From positions 8,057 through 72,056 of the forward strand of contig JAZDOE010000018.1 of the NCBI GenBank assembly GCA_043798985.1: a DNA stretch of 64,000 nucleotides, in the 5' to 3' direction. The notes beneath the pieces were generated by a model, which saw only the letters and a list, made by a program, of their open reading frames with translations, made no database searches and had not been told where the DNA came from. Position numbers and translations under genes: made by a program. Positions 1 to 9,171 of the stretch are shown piece after piece; the stretch's first letter is position 1; every line of letters starts with the position of its first letter. The DNA is from Candidatus Falkowbacteria bacterium. GTDB taxonomy: Bacteria; Patescibacteriota; Patescibacteriia; UBA11705; JACRDX01.

Positions 1-215
1 GATCAATTATAGATCCGGGCGTGAATGGCATGTTGGTTGAGCCGAAAAACAGTGGCGATATTGCTGACAAAGTAAAATTTTTAATTCAGCGGCCGCAGTT
101 AATGGCAACAATGGGACAAAACGGCGCAGAGCGGGTAAATGCGCATTATCGCTGGCCAATAATCGCGAAAAAATTAGAAGGAATTTACAATCGGATTTTG
201 CGAAAAACGAGTTGA
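1..215 (+). CDS. GT4-type glycosyltransferase, C-terminal fragment (5' truncated by window edge)
   Basis: NGMLVEPKNS...MGQNGAERVNAHYRW is a typical GT-B/GT4 C-terminus. Confidence 0.75.
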   Translation, partial: SIIDPGVNGMLVEPKNSGDIADKVKFLIQRPQLMATMGQNGAERVNAHYRWPIIAKKLEGIYNRILRKTS

Positions 216-252
216 AACAATTTATTAAATTTGCTATTATTTCAATCGACGC

Positions 253-333
253 GGGGGGTTTGTATAGTGGTAGTACGGAGGTCTCCACCCCACTGCTCGC
301 GAGCAGCGGGGTCCAAAACCTCTATCGCAGGTT
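253..333 (+). pseudogene. Truncated copy of the 5' two-thirds of tRNA-Trp, interrupted in the anticodon loop by a 24-bp palindrome
   Basis: 253-287 is identical to 589-623; the match resumes at 312 (tccaaaacctcta..gc.ggtt) and ends at 333; no 3' acceptor strand. Confidence 0.85.
288..311. repeat. Palindromic micro-insert ccccactgctcgcgagcagcgggg flanked by a TCCA duplication
   Basis: 14-bp perfect palindrome core 293-306 inside cccc/gggg; TCCA at 284-287 and 312-315, versus a single TCCA in the intact tRNA. Confidence 0.85.
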
Positions 334-335
334 AT

Positions 336-581
336 ATGTTTTACGTATATTTATTAACAGACGAGAATCAAAAAATTTATATAGGATATACAGAAAACTT
401 GCCACGGCGGATAGCCGAACATTCTGCGTGCAAGGTTTATACGACGAGAAGGATGGCGAGACCTAAGTTGTACTATCATGAAGCGTATTCAGATAAAGAA
501 TCTGCAAGAAATAGAGAAAAAGGATTGAAACAGTTTGGCTCTGCATATGTTGGATTATTAAAGAGAATTGGGTTAAAATGA
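336..581 (+). CDS. Small stand-alone GIY-YIG nuclease family protein (81 aa)
   Basis: MFYVYLL...IYIGYT.NL.RR..EH...EAY....A..RE..LK motif; ATG at 336 is in frame with ORF 231..581. Confidence 0.88.
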   Translation: MFYVYLLTDENQKIYIGYTENLPRRIAEHSACKVYTTRRMARPKLYYHEAYSDKESARNREKGLKQFGSAYVGLLKRIGLK

Positions 582-588
582 AAATCGC

Positions 589-662
589 GGGGGGTTTGTA
601 TAGTGGTAGTACGGAGGTCTCCAAAACCTCTAGCGCGGGTTCGATTCCTGCACCCCCTGCCA
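589..662 (+). tRNA. tRNA-Trp (CCA)
   Basis: Acceptor GGGGGGT/ACCCCCT, anticodon stem GAGGT/ACCTC with loop CT-CCA-AA, GGTTCGATTCC T arm, encoded 3' CCA. Confidence 0.95.
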
Positions 663-794
663 GGTAGTCAAAGCGGAAGTGAATGGGTAGTTTCATCTAC
701 CCCCGCCAGCAAAAGTGTCCGAACTTCTGGCCAATACTTCTGCCAATTTTCAAAATTCGGATTTTGGGCGATTGTTGGTATGATGGATGAAAGT

Positions 795-2150
795 ATGTTG
801 AAAAAGATAATTAAAAAAATGCTGCCGAAAAATGTTTTAGGATGGTATCATTTTTTGTTGGCAAAATTTGGGGCAATGCTTTACGGATTTCCATCTCGGA
901 AAATGGTGATTATTGGAATCACCGGCACAAAGGGCAAAACCTCAACCGCGAATTTTATTTGGTCGGTTTTGAGCGCCGCTGGTTTTAAAACAGGTATTAT
1001 TACAACGGCCAACATTCGTATCGGCGATCAGGAAATTTTGAACAAATACCACATGACAATGCCCGGCAGATTTATTTTGCAAAAAACAATGGCTGAAATG
1101 GTTGATGCTGAATGCAAATTTTGCGTGGTTGAGACGACGTCAGAAGGCATAAAACAATGGCGCCATGTTGGCATTGATTATGACATTGCCGTGTTCACGA
1201 ATTTGTCGCCAGAACATTTGGCATCGCATGAAAATGATTTTGAAAAATACAAAGAGGCAAAAGGAAAAATGTTCGCCGCGTTGAATGTTAAAAAGCACAA
1301 AACAATTGACGGCCGCGAAATTGACAAAGTGATTGTCGTGAATTCTGACGATGAAAACAAGGATTTTTTTGTCAATTTCGCGGCCGATAAAAAGGTGACT
1401 TTTGCGCTGGAAGCGCATCCCCGCCTGCCGGCAGGCACGGCGCCTTTGGCGGAGGGTTTCCTTGGGGCGGATATTGTTGCGCAAAATATTGTTGAACTTC
1501 CGGACGGCGTGACGTTTAAAGTTGGCGACAATAATTTTCGGCTGAACATTGTCGGCGGCTTTAATGTTTACAACGCATTGCCAGCGATTATCGTTGCCAA
1601 TCTATTTGGCGTTGATAACGCGGCAATACAACGCGGGTTTGAAAATCTGGCGCAGATTCCCGGACGCATGGAAGAAATAAAACAAGGACAAAATTTCAGA
1701 GTTTTTGTTGATTACGCGCATGAGCCAAAAAGCATGGAAGCGGCATTGAACGCGACGCGCAAAATTGTTGGCAATGGCAAATTGATTGTTTTGCTTGGCG
1801 CAGAAGGTGGTGGTAGAGACAAAACAAAACGTCCTGCAATGGGGAAAGTGGCAGGAGAATTGGCGGATTTTGTTGTAATAAGCAATGTTGATCCATATGA
1901 AGATGATCCGGCCGCGATTTTGAGGGATATTAAAGTCGGCGCAGAGGCTGTCGCTAAAATTGAAAATATTAATTTGTTTGTAGTTGAGGATCGGCGAAGC
2001 GGAATTCGCCGCGCATTGCAATTGGCAAATGTTGGCGACATTGTTTTAATCACCGGAAAAGGCGCGGAACAATCTATAACAATTGCCGGTATAAAATATC
2101 CGTGGGATGACCGAAGCGTTGTCGCAGAAGAGCTGACGAAAATTAGATAG
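795..2150 (+). CDS. murE: UDP-N-acetylmuramoyl-tripeptide synthetase MurE
   Basis: GITGTKGKTST, VETTSEG, FTNLSPEHL, VDYAHEP, ITGKG motifs; start moved to ATG 795. Confidence 0.9.
   Translation: MLKKIIKKMLPKNVLGWYHFLLAKFGAMLYGFPSRKMVIIGITGTKGKTSTANFIWSVLSAAGFKTGIITTANIRIGDQEILNKYHMTMPGRFILQKTMAEMVDAECKFCVVETTSEGIKQWRHVGIDYDIAVFTNLSPEHLASHENDFEKYKEAKGKMFAALNVKKHKTIDGREIDKVIVVNSDDENKDFFVNFAADKKVTFALEAHPRLPAGTAPLAEGFLGADIVAQNIVELPDGVTFKVGDNNFRLNIVGGFNVYNALPAIIVANLFGVDNAAIQRGFENLAQIPGRMEEIKQGQNFRVFVDYAHEPKSMEAALNATRKIVGNGKLIVLLGAEGGGRDKTKRPAMGKVAGELADFVVISNVDPYEDDPAAILRDIKVGAEAVAKIENINLFVVEDRRSGIRRALQLANVGDIVLITGKGAEQSITIAGIKYPWDDRSVVAEELTKIR
1419..1467. repeat. Composite in-frame palindromic insert in murE (HPRLPAGTAPLAEGFLG)
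   Basis: gcctgccggcaggc 1423-1436 (perfect palindrome), cgcctttggcg 1441-1451, outer cccc...gggg. Confidence 0.8.
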
Positions 2151-2177
2151 TATAGGCGTTATCCACAACCCTCAATT

Positions 2178-2405
2178 ATGTTGGTTGCGGATTTATTTGT
2201 TATGCTGGAATTGAACAAAATAAAAAATAGCGTTGTCAGCGAACTTCAGCCATTTCAATTGGCAGTTAAAGAAGAATTTGATAGATTAAACAGCAAAATA
2301 GATAGGTTGATTGCGCGGATGGATGTGCATAATGATGTGCAGATGCTTAAAATGCGTGTTGGAACGGTAGAGGAAAAAGTCGCGCAGCTTGAAAAAAGTT
2401 TATGA
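2178..2405 (+). CDS. Small coiled-coil hypothetical protein
   Basis: ORF overlapping the next start (ATGA), heptad-like composition. Confidence 0.55.
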   Translation: MLVADLFVMLELNKIKNSVVSELQPFQLAVKEEFDRLNSKIDRLIARMDVHNDVQMLKMRVGTVEEKVAQLEKSL

Positions 2406-3142
2406 TTTTAATTTACATAATCGGCAGTGTTGTTTTGGTAAGTTTGATAAGCCTTGTTGGCGCGGTCGTGTTGTTGAAGCGAAATTTTTTGGAAAGTAAA
2501 ATGTTATATTTGGTAAGTTTTTCTGTTGGCGCTTTGTTGGGCGATGTTTTTATTCACATCATGCCAGAGCTTGCGGCAACAACGCAGCTGAATTTTGGAA
2601 TTTCAATTTGGATTTTAATTGGTTTGCTGATATTTTTTGTTTTGGAAAAGTTTATTTTCTGGCATCATTGCCATAGAGTTGACGCGCATAAACACGCGCG
2701 GCCAGTTGGCTACGCGATTTTGGTTGGAGATGGGTTGCACAATTTTATTGACGGCGCCATAATCGCCGGAGCGTATTTGGTAAGTGTGCCGCTCGGAATC
2801 GCGACAACATTGGCCGTTGTTTTGCATGAGATTCCGCAAGAAATTGGGGATCTGGGCGTGTTAGTCTACGCTGGGTTCACAAAAGCGCGCGCGCTTTTGT
2901 TTAATTTGTTGTCAGGATTAATCGCAGTAATAGGCGCAATTTTGACAATTGCCGCGGCAAAGCTAATCAATGGGTTGGAACCGATTTTGCTGGCAGTGGC
3001 AGCTGGCGGGTTTATTTATATTGCTGGTTCTGATTTAATTCCAGAATTGCACAAAGAAATCGGTTGGAAAAAATCAACGTGGCAATTGATTACAATTATT
3101 TTGGGAATTAGCGTTATGGCTGGATTATTGTTGATTGAATAA
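2402..3142 (+). CDS. ZIP family metal (Zn) transporter
   Basis: HHCH loop, DGLHNFIDG and LHEIPQEIGD signatures, multiple TM segments. Confidence 0.92.
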   Translation: MILIYIIGSVVLVSLISLVGAVVLLKRNFLESKMLYLVSFSVGALLGDVFIHIMPELAATTQLNFGISIWILIGLLIFFVLEKFIFWHHCHRVDAHKHARPVGYAILVGDGLHNFIDGAIIAGAYLVSVPLGIATTLAVVLHEIPQEIGDLGVLVYAGFTKARALLFNLLSGLIAVIGAILTIAAAKLINGLEPILLAVAAGGFIYIAGSDLIPELHKEIGWKKSTWQLITIILGISVMAGLLLIE

Positions 3143-3161
3143 ATATAAAATTAATTTTGAT

Positions 3162-3194
3162 AAAAAATACCCCTTGCCAAGTTTTGGCAAGGGG
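3162..3194 (-). terminator. Intrinsic terminator between convergent genes
   Basis: ccccttgccaa-gtt-ttggcaagggg 11-bp stem; the adjacent A-run is a U tract on the minus strand. Confidence 0.75.
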
Positions 3195-3204
3195 GTTTAT
3201 GTCT

Positions 3205-3981
3205 CTACTTTCCAACGCGGAGCCGCTCTGCGAAGCCCATCGGCAATCCGCGCGCTCGCATGTGTTGAACCGTGGCTTCCACGTCGTACTCAACGCGGCA
3301 AAACCGCAAGGTGCGTTTTTCCGGCGCTTCCAAATCCAGAATCACGAAGCTCGCGCGCGGGTCTCTATCTCTTGGCTGGCCCACGCTTCCGACGTTGACT
3401 AAATAGCGGCAGTCTGGATTTAATGAGATTGAACACTCTGCGAGGCGCTTTTTTGGAGAATCCGGTCGTTTTACTCGTTTGCCGGTCTGCAAATTCCACG
3501 CGTGAAAACCAAGAATGTGCGTATGGCCAAGCATGATGAGTTGGTGGTCGGTTTGTGTCAATTGAAGTTCTGATTCTTTTTCGTACGGAAACACGTATGG
3601 CCATCGTTCAAGACTGCGCACGCAACTGTGGCTGGAAAAGAAAATTCCGTTCTGCTGGCGCCGTGGCAGTTTTTCAAGCATGCGTAGCGCAGTGCCAGAG
3701 AATTCGTTTTTTGTAAAAACAATCATCCTTGCGACGGCTGATTCGTTATCTGCAAGTTTGTCCATGTTTGCTCTGCAAATCGCTGCTTCATGGTTGCCAA
3801 GAAGCATGATTGCGCCATTGCCGGTCAAGGTTTCCACGACTTCTTTTGGCCATGGTCCATAGCCAATCGCGTCGCCCAGCGAAATCAGCACATCAACTCC
3901 GCAGTTTTGTTGCATGTACTCAATGCACGCATTCAGGGCAAGCAAGTTGCCATGAATATCAGCCAGAAAACCGTATCGCAT
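3205..3981 (-). CDS. Metallophosphoesterase (calcineurin-like, YfcE/MJ0912 type)
   Basis: DIHGN, LGDAIGYG, GNHE, GHTH, NVGSVGQPRD motifs; AGGAGG RBS. Confidence 0.9.
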   Translation of the reverse strand: MRYGFLADIHGNLLALNACIEYMQQNCGVDVLISLGDAIGYGPWPKEVVETLTGNGAIMLLGNHEAAICRANMDKLADNESAVARMIVFTKNEFSGTALRMLEKLPRRQQNGIFFSSHSCVRSLERWPYVFPYEKESELQLTQTDHQLIMLGHTHILGFHAWNLQTGKRVKRPDSPKKRLAECSISLNPDCRYLVNVGSVGQPRDRDPRASFVILDLEAPEKRTLRFCRVEYDVEATVQHMRARGLPMGFAERLRVGK

Positions 3982-4031
3982 GGTTGCCTCCTGTTTAGCG
4001 TTAAGGTTAAGGAACCGTTGGTTCTGTTGAT

Positions 4032-4060
4032 AATTTAGCGCATTTTATTATTTTTGTCAA
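4032..4060 (-). promoter_or_regulatory. Sigma70-like promoter for the metallophosphoesterase
   Basis: TTGACA-17 nt-TAAATT on the minus strand. Confidence 0.55.
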
Positions 4061-4123
4061 TTTGTGATAATATTAACAAATTTCAATTGCAAGATTGATT
4101 GAATCGCGGTAAAATGAAAGCAT

Positions 4124-4378
4124 ATGAAAATCATCAAAATTGGGGCAATTTGGTGCCCTGTTTGTATTGTTTTAAAAAATAATTTGATGGAATTTCAAAA
4201 GCAAAATCCGGATTTGCGGGTTGAATATATTGATATTGACGATAATCCGGAAGTTAAACAAAAATACGAAATTGATGATGTGCCAGTGATAGTTGTTTTA
4301 GACGATACAAATAATGTTGTGACGAAATTTCAAGGCGAGGATGCGTTAAACAATTTATTAAAATTTATCGAAAAATAA
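4124..4378 (+). CDS. Thioredoxin-like protein
   Basis: WCPVC motif and VPV cis-Pro loop. Confidence 0.85.
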   Translation: MKIIKIGAIWCPVCIVLKNNLMEFQKQNPDLRVEYIDIDDNPEVKQKYEIDDVPVIVVLDDTNNVVTKFQGEDALNNLLKFIEK

Positions 4379-4384
4379 AAAAGT

Positions 4385-5623
4385 ATGTTGAGAAAAGCCA
4401 TTTATATATTTTTGGTTTTGTCGGTTGTGCTTAGCATGTTGCTATGGAGTTTTGGCGTTGGCGCGCAATGGAAAATGCCGCGCGTTTATTTGTTTCACAG
4501 CAAAGATTGCCCGCACTGCGTTGAGGAAATAAAATTTCTGACAAAATTAAAAACCGAAATGCTTGGGTTGGAAGTCGCAACTTTTGAAATTTCAGAAAAC
4601 AAGTTGGATCAAGCGGCTTTTAAGGCTGTGGCAGGGGCGTTCAACTTGCCGGTTGGTGGCGTTCCGTTGACAATTATTGGCCAAGACATGGTGAGCGGCT
4701 TTGATAATGAAAAATCAATTGGAGAGACGATCAAAGCCGCCATTCAAAAAAATATTGGGGTCACAGATTTGCTTGAGCCAATAATTTTGCAGGCTTCGCC
4801 TGATTTTTTGAAGAAAAATTTGATAAAAACAGCCGAGCCACAAAAAGTTGACCAGCCACAAATTGTTCAGAATGGCGCGAAAACAATGCAACTTCCGATT
4901 TTTGGGAAAATCAATATTGGAAAGTTGTCCTTGCCGATTTTGACCGTTGTTTTGGGATTTGCGGACGGATTTAATCCATGCGCCATGTGGATTTTGGTGT
5001 TTTTAATCACGTTGCTATTGGGACAAAGCTGGAAGCGCAGGCTGATTTTGGGCGGAACATTTATTTTTATTTCCGGATTTGTTTATTTTTTATTCATGGT
5101 CGCATGGCTGAATTTTTTTCTATTTGTTGGGTTAAATTTTTGGATACGTTTGATTGTCGGCGGGCTGGCTGTTGTAATGGGCGTGTTGCAATTAAAAAGG
5201 TTTTTTGAAAAACCAAACGTTGGTTGCGCGATTGCGGGCGCTGAACAAAAGAGAAGCATTGTCCAGCGGGTTAAAGAAGTGGTGCAAAGAAAAAATTTGT
5301 GGTTGGCATTGGCAGGATTGGTTATTATCGCAGCAGGAGTAAATTTGCTGGAAATGTTTTGTTCGTTGGGTTTGCCGGCGATTTACACCAATGTTTTGAG
5401 CGCGAGCAATTTAGTGACATGGAAATATTACGCGTACTTGCTCGGATATATTTTCTTTTACATATTGGACGACATTGTTGTGTTTGTCATCGCGATGGCG
5501 ACATTGAAAATCACTGGTGTTGAAAATAAATATAAGCGGTTTATCAACCTTGTTGGCGGTGTGATAATATTATTGATTGGCATTTTATTGTTGTTCAAGC
5601 CGGGTTGGTTAATGTTTTCATAA
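4385..5623 (+). CDS. Glutaredoxin-domain membrane protein (CcdA/DsbD-like TM region)
   Basis: CPHC motif, DGFNPCAMW motif, multiple TM helices. Confidence 0.8.
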   Translation: MLRKAIYIFLVLSVVLSMLLWSFGVGAQWKMPRVYLFHSKDCPHCVEEIKFLTKLKTEMLGLEVATFEISENKLDQAAFKAVAGAFNLPVGGVPLTIIGQDMVSGFDNEKSIGETIKAAIQKNIGVTDLLEPIILQASPDFLKKNLIKTAEPQKVDQPQIVQNGAKTMQLPIFGKINIGKLSLPILTVVLGFADGFNPCAMWILVFLITLLLGQSWKRRLILGGTFIFISGFVYFLFMVAWLNFFLFVGLNFWIRLIVGGLAVVMGVLQLKRFFEKPNVGCAIAGAEQKRSIVQRVKEVVQRKNLWLALAGLVIIAAGVNLLEMFCSLGLPAIYTNVLSASNLVTWKYYAYLLGYIFFYILDDIVVFVIAMATLKITGVENKYKRFINLVGGVIILLIGILLLFKPGWLMFS

Positions 5624-5643
5624 AATAATTAATTTTTAAAACT

Positions 5644-5937
5644 ATGGCATTAATGTCTGACCGTAAAGAAACGCAAGACGAAATTGTAATCGTCTTCAAG
5701 TATCAAGCCGCATGGTATTTGTTTTTGCTGATAGCTTTAGTTGCAAGTTTTTTTACTCGTAGATTAGAGTTAGAAATGTACATGATAGCGGGGCTGGTTG
5801 TGGTCTCGTGCGTTTTTATTTTTGGAAAAGCAAAGGCAAATAGCGAAGTTAAGCGGGCGATGAAAAATGGTAAAGTTCAGGTTTCCGGAAGTCGTTTTTC
5901 TTTTCGCAATCCAATAACATTTACCATTAAAAAATAA
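5644..5937 (+). CDS. Small membrane hypothetical protein
   Basis: Two TM segments, operon position. Confidence 0.65.
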   Translation: MALMSDRKETQDEIVIVFKYQAAWYLFLLIALVASFFTRRLELEMYMIAGLVVVSCVFIFGKAKANSEVKRAMKNGKVQVSGSRFSFRNPITFTIKK

Positions 5938-5938
5938 A

Positions 5939-7240
5939 ATGGGGTTTGGAATTTTGAAAAATAAATTTATTCAGAATAGTTTTATTTATGTGGCAGGAAC
6001 AATTGCCGCGGGATTTTTGGGTTATATTTTTCAATTTGTCATTTCGCGAAAATTATCAGTCGCGCAATACGGCGAATTCCAAAGTTTAATGGCTGCGTCA
6101 GCGATTTTCGGCATCGTAAGTTCCGCTATAAGTTATTTTGTAATAAAATACAGTTCGGTTTTCGCGAAAAATAATGATTACGCAAGCAACAATTCTTTTT
6201 TAAAATTGACAAACGCGAAAATGCGAAAGCTGGCGATCTTGTTGGTCGTCGGTTTTTTGTTATTGTCGCCGATTTTGAAAAATTATTTACGGCTTGATGA
6301 TTATTATGGATTGATTTTGGTCGCGCTGACGTTATACGTTGGTTTAATAACAACCGGATACACGGCAACGCTTTCCGGCTGGCAAATGTTCGCGATTTCC
6401 AGTGGAATTGGAATATTTTTTGGGATTTTAAAGTTGTTGGCCGGTATAATTGGCACGCAACTTAGCCCAACGTCAACGAGCATTTTGTTTTTTCTGTTGA
6501 TTTTTAGCGGAATATCGGCGTTTGTTAGCTATTGGGTTGTTCGACAAAAATTTTACAACAAAACAACTGTAGAGACGGGATATATCCCGTCTCTACAATG
6601 GAAACAAAAATATTTCGCGACGCTTGATGTTGGCAAAAGTATATTGCCAATTACATTGTTCGCGTTGGCTGTCGCGCTTTTGCAAAACATTGATTTGCTG
6701 ATTGTTAAAAATTTGACCACCGCGGAAATCGCCGGGCAATATGCCGCGCTTAACGTTTTAGGAAAAATAATTTTTTGGATAAATGGCGCGATTATCGCGG
6801 TGGTTTTGCCAACCGCCTGCGCGACTGGAATTGATGGCAACCGGCCAAGCCGAAAATTGGCATTTAGCGCTTATGGGCTTATTGGATTTGTAAGTTTGTG
6901 CGGCATTGCCGCTTATTTCATCGCGCCGAACTTTATTGTTTCATTGTTGTTCGGCGCGAAATATTTAATCTTTGCAAAAGAACTTTGGCTGTTTGGTGTA
7001 ATGGCATTTGCTTTGTCAATTTTAATGTTAGAAGCGAATTTCGCTTACGCGCGTCATGATTTTCGCGTTAATTACATTATTGGCAGCGTTGTTCTGATGA
7101 TGATTATCGGAATTTACGGTTGGCACGCTACAATTCAGATTGTTGTTTTGGATATTATTGTCGCGATGCTGTTGGGTTTTATCGGCATGATAATTTTGAA
7201 TAATTGTCAAACAAAAAACATTGCAAAAACGGTTGTATAA
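5939..7240 (+). CDS. Oligosaccharide flippase (Wzx/MATE-like)
   Basis: ~12 TM helices, NSFIY...SRKL...YGEF N-terminus, first gene of the glycan locus. Confidence 0.85.
   Translation: MGFGILKNKFIQNSFIYVAGTIAAGFLGYIFQFVISRKLSVAQYGEFQSLMAASAIFGIVSSAISYFVIKYSSVFAKNNDYASNNSFLKLTNAKMRKLAILLVVGFLLLSPILKNYLRLDDYYGLILVALTLYVGLITTGYTATLSGWQMFAISSGIGIFFGILKLLAGIIGTQLSPTSTSILFFLLIFSGISAFVSYWVVRQKFYNKTTVETGYIPSLQWKQKYFATLDVGKSILPITLFALAVALLQNIDLLIVKNLTTAEIAGQYAALNVLGKIIFWINGAIIAVVLPTACATGIDGNRPSRKLAFSAYGLIGFVSLCGIAAYFIAPNFIVSLLFGAKYLIFAKELWLFGVMAFALSILMLEANFAYARHDFRVNYIIGSVVLMMIIGIYGWHATIQIVVLDIIVAMLLGFIGMIILNNCQTKNIAKTVV
6568..6597. repeat. Perfect 30-bp GTAG-type REP-like palindrome in frame in the flippase
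   Basis: tgtagagacgggata|tatcccgtctctaca; encodes VETGYIPSLQ. Confidence 0.9.
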
Positions 7241-7255
7241 GCATAAGATGGCAGT

Positions 7256-8203
7256 ATGATAAAAAAGATTTCAATTGTTGTGCCTGTTTATAACGAGGAA
7301 GCAAATGTTCAGATGCTTTATGATTCATTGATTAAATTGTTGCGCCCGCTTTTGACCAAGTATGATCATGAATTGATTTTTGTGGATGATGGCAGCGATG
7401 ATGGCAGCGCTAAAGTTATTGAGACGTTCAGCCAGCAAGATGCGCGAGTTAAGTGCATTGAATTTTCAAGGAATTTTGGCAAAGAAGCCGCGACAACTGC
7501 CGGAATAAATAATGCGACTGGCGACGCGGTTTTGTTGATTGACGCTGATTTGCAACATCCCGTGGAAAAAGTTTCAGAATTTTTGTCAAAGTGGGAAGCT
7601 GGCGCTGAAATCGTAATCGGAATCCGCGAGAAAAATCAAAAAGAAGGGTTGGTTAAATGGTTTGGTTCAATTGTTTTTCATAAATTAATGCAATGGATTG
7701 GTGAGACGAAAATAATTCCACGCGAAACAGATTTTCGTTTGTTGGATCGCAAAGTTGTTGATGAATTTAATAAATTGACAGAACGAAATCGAATGACGCG
7801 CGGGTTGATTGATTGGTTGGGATTTCGGCGAGATTATGTTTATTTTATCGCGAACCCGCGCTCTGCGGGCAAGGCTGGTTATGGTTTTTTGAAACTGACT
7901 CGGCTGGCATTCACCAGCTTTGTAAGTTATAGTTTGCTGCCCTTAAAATTGGCCGGATATTTGGGAATTTTTATTACATTAATTTCTGGTAGCCTCGGTT
8001 TATTTGTGTTTATTGAACGATATTTGCTGAACGATCCATGGAAATTGGAAATTCGCGGAACTGCGATTTTGGCGATAATAATTATGTTTTTGGTCGGCAT
8101 CATATTGATTTGTTTGGGGTTGATTGCTTTGTACATTGCCAATATTCACGGCGAAGTCAGCCGCCGGCCGATGTATATTCTCCGTAAAAAAAGTATTGAT
8201 TGA
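7256..8203 (+). CDS. GT2 polyprenol-phosphate glycosyltransferase (GtrB/ArnC-like)
   Basis: VPVYNE, VDDGSDD, SRNFGKEAA, DADLQHP, two C-terminal TMs. Confidence 0.9.
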   Translation: MIKKISIVVPVYNEEANVQMLYDSLIKLLRPLLTKYDHELIFVDDGSDDGSAKVIETFSQQDARVKCIEFSRNFGKEAATTAGINNATGDAVLLIDADLQHPVEKVSEFLSKWEAGAEIVIGIREKNQKEGLVKWFGSIVFHKLMQWIGETKIIPRETDFRLLDRKVVDEFNKLTERNRMTRGLIDWLGFRRDYVYFIANPRSAGKAGYGFLKLTRLAFTSFVSYSLLPLKLAGYLGIFITLISGSLGLFVFIERYLLNDPWKLEIRGTAILAIIIMFLVGIILICLGLIALYIANIHGEVSRRPMYILRKKSID

Positions 8204-8206
8204 ATT

Positions 8207-9145
8207 ATGCCAAAACGAATTTTAGTGACAGGCGGCGCGGGATTTATTGGCTCGCATTTGTGTCGGCGATTGTTGGCAGACGGAAATTTTGTTTTATGTC
8301 TGGATAATTGTTTCACTGGCTCGCACGAGAACATTGTGGAATTGTTGGACAATAAAAATTTTGAGTTTATCCGTCATGATATTGTTGAGCCGATTCTGTT
8401 AGAAGTTGACCAAATTTATAATTTGGCGTGTCCTGCTTCGCCCATTCATTATCAATTTAATCCAGTGAAAACAATTAAAACAAATGTCATTGGCACGTTG
8501 AACATGCTTGGCTTGGCAAAACGCGTTAAGGCGCGAATTTTGCAAGCGTCAACTTCCGAGGTTTATGGCGATCCAGTGGAACATCCGCAAAAAGAAACTT
8601 ATTGTGGCAACGTAAATCCGATCGGCATTCGTTCGTGTTATGACGAGGGAAAGCGGTGCGCCGAAGCGTTAATGATGGATTATCACAGGCAAAATAAAGT
8701 TGATATTAGAATCATTAGAATTTTTAATACATATGGTCCGCGAATGCATCCGAATGATGGCCGTGTTGTTTCAAATTTTATTGTGCAAGCATTGAAGAAT
8801 GAGCCGATTACTTTAATGGGAGACGGAAATCAGACACGATCATTTCAGTACGTTGACGATCTGATTGAAGGAATGACGCGCATGATGAACAATGAAATTA
8901 ATTTTATTGGGCCCGTGAATATTGGAAATCCGGGTGAGTTTACAATAAAGCAATTTGCTGAAATGGTTTTGAAATTCATTCCGGAAAGCAAGAGCCAAAT
9001 TGTTTTTACGGAATTACCGCAAGATGATCCGAAAAAACGCAAACCAGACATTTCATTGGCAAAAGAAAAATTGGGTTGGGCGCCAACGGTGCCGTTGGAA
9101 ATTGGTTTGCAAAAGACAATTGAATATTTTCGTGGCATAATTTGA
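8207..9145 (+). CDS. UDP-glucuronate decarboxylase (UDP-xylose synthase)
   Basis: [30 protein letters not shown] motifs. Confidence 0.92.
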   Translation: MPKRILVTGGAGFIGSHLCRRLLADGNFVLCLDNCFTGSHENIVELLDNKNFEFIRHDIVEPILLEVDQIYNLACPASPIHYQFNPVKTIKTNVIGTLNMLGLAKRVKARILQASTSEVYGDPVEHPQKETYCGNVNPIGIRSCYDEGKRCAEALMMDYHRQNKVDIRIIRIFNTYGPRMHPNDGRVVSNFIVQALKNEPITLMGDGNQTRSFQYVDDLIEGMTRMMNNEINFIGPVNIGNPGEFTIKQFAEMVLKFIPESKSQIVFTELPQDDPKKRKPDISLAKEKLGWAPTVPLEIGLQKTIEYFRGII

Positions 9146-9165
9146 AATTTGTAATTTGGCATTTG
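9138..9165 (+). repeat. Four tandem NNATTTG heptamers
   Basis: taatttg aaatttg taatttg gcatttg. Confidence 0.7.
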
Positions 9166-9171
9166 TTATTT

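Noticed and set aside
253-662. Intron-containing tRNA or group I intron with a homing endonuclease
   Set aside because: The downstream tRNA is complete on its own, the upstream copy is a duplicate lacking a 3' end, and there is no room for a ribozyme core.
684-709. Possible degenerate tRNA-Trp 3' end (acccccgccag) after the tRNA
   Set aside because: Only ~11 nt of similarity with an indel; too short to support an att site.
603-794. N-terminal extension of the murE ORF and the 231-335 extension of the GIY-YIG ORF
   Set aside because: They read through tRNA sequence; the real starts are most likely ATG 795 and ATG 336.
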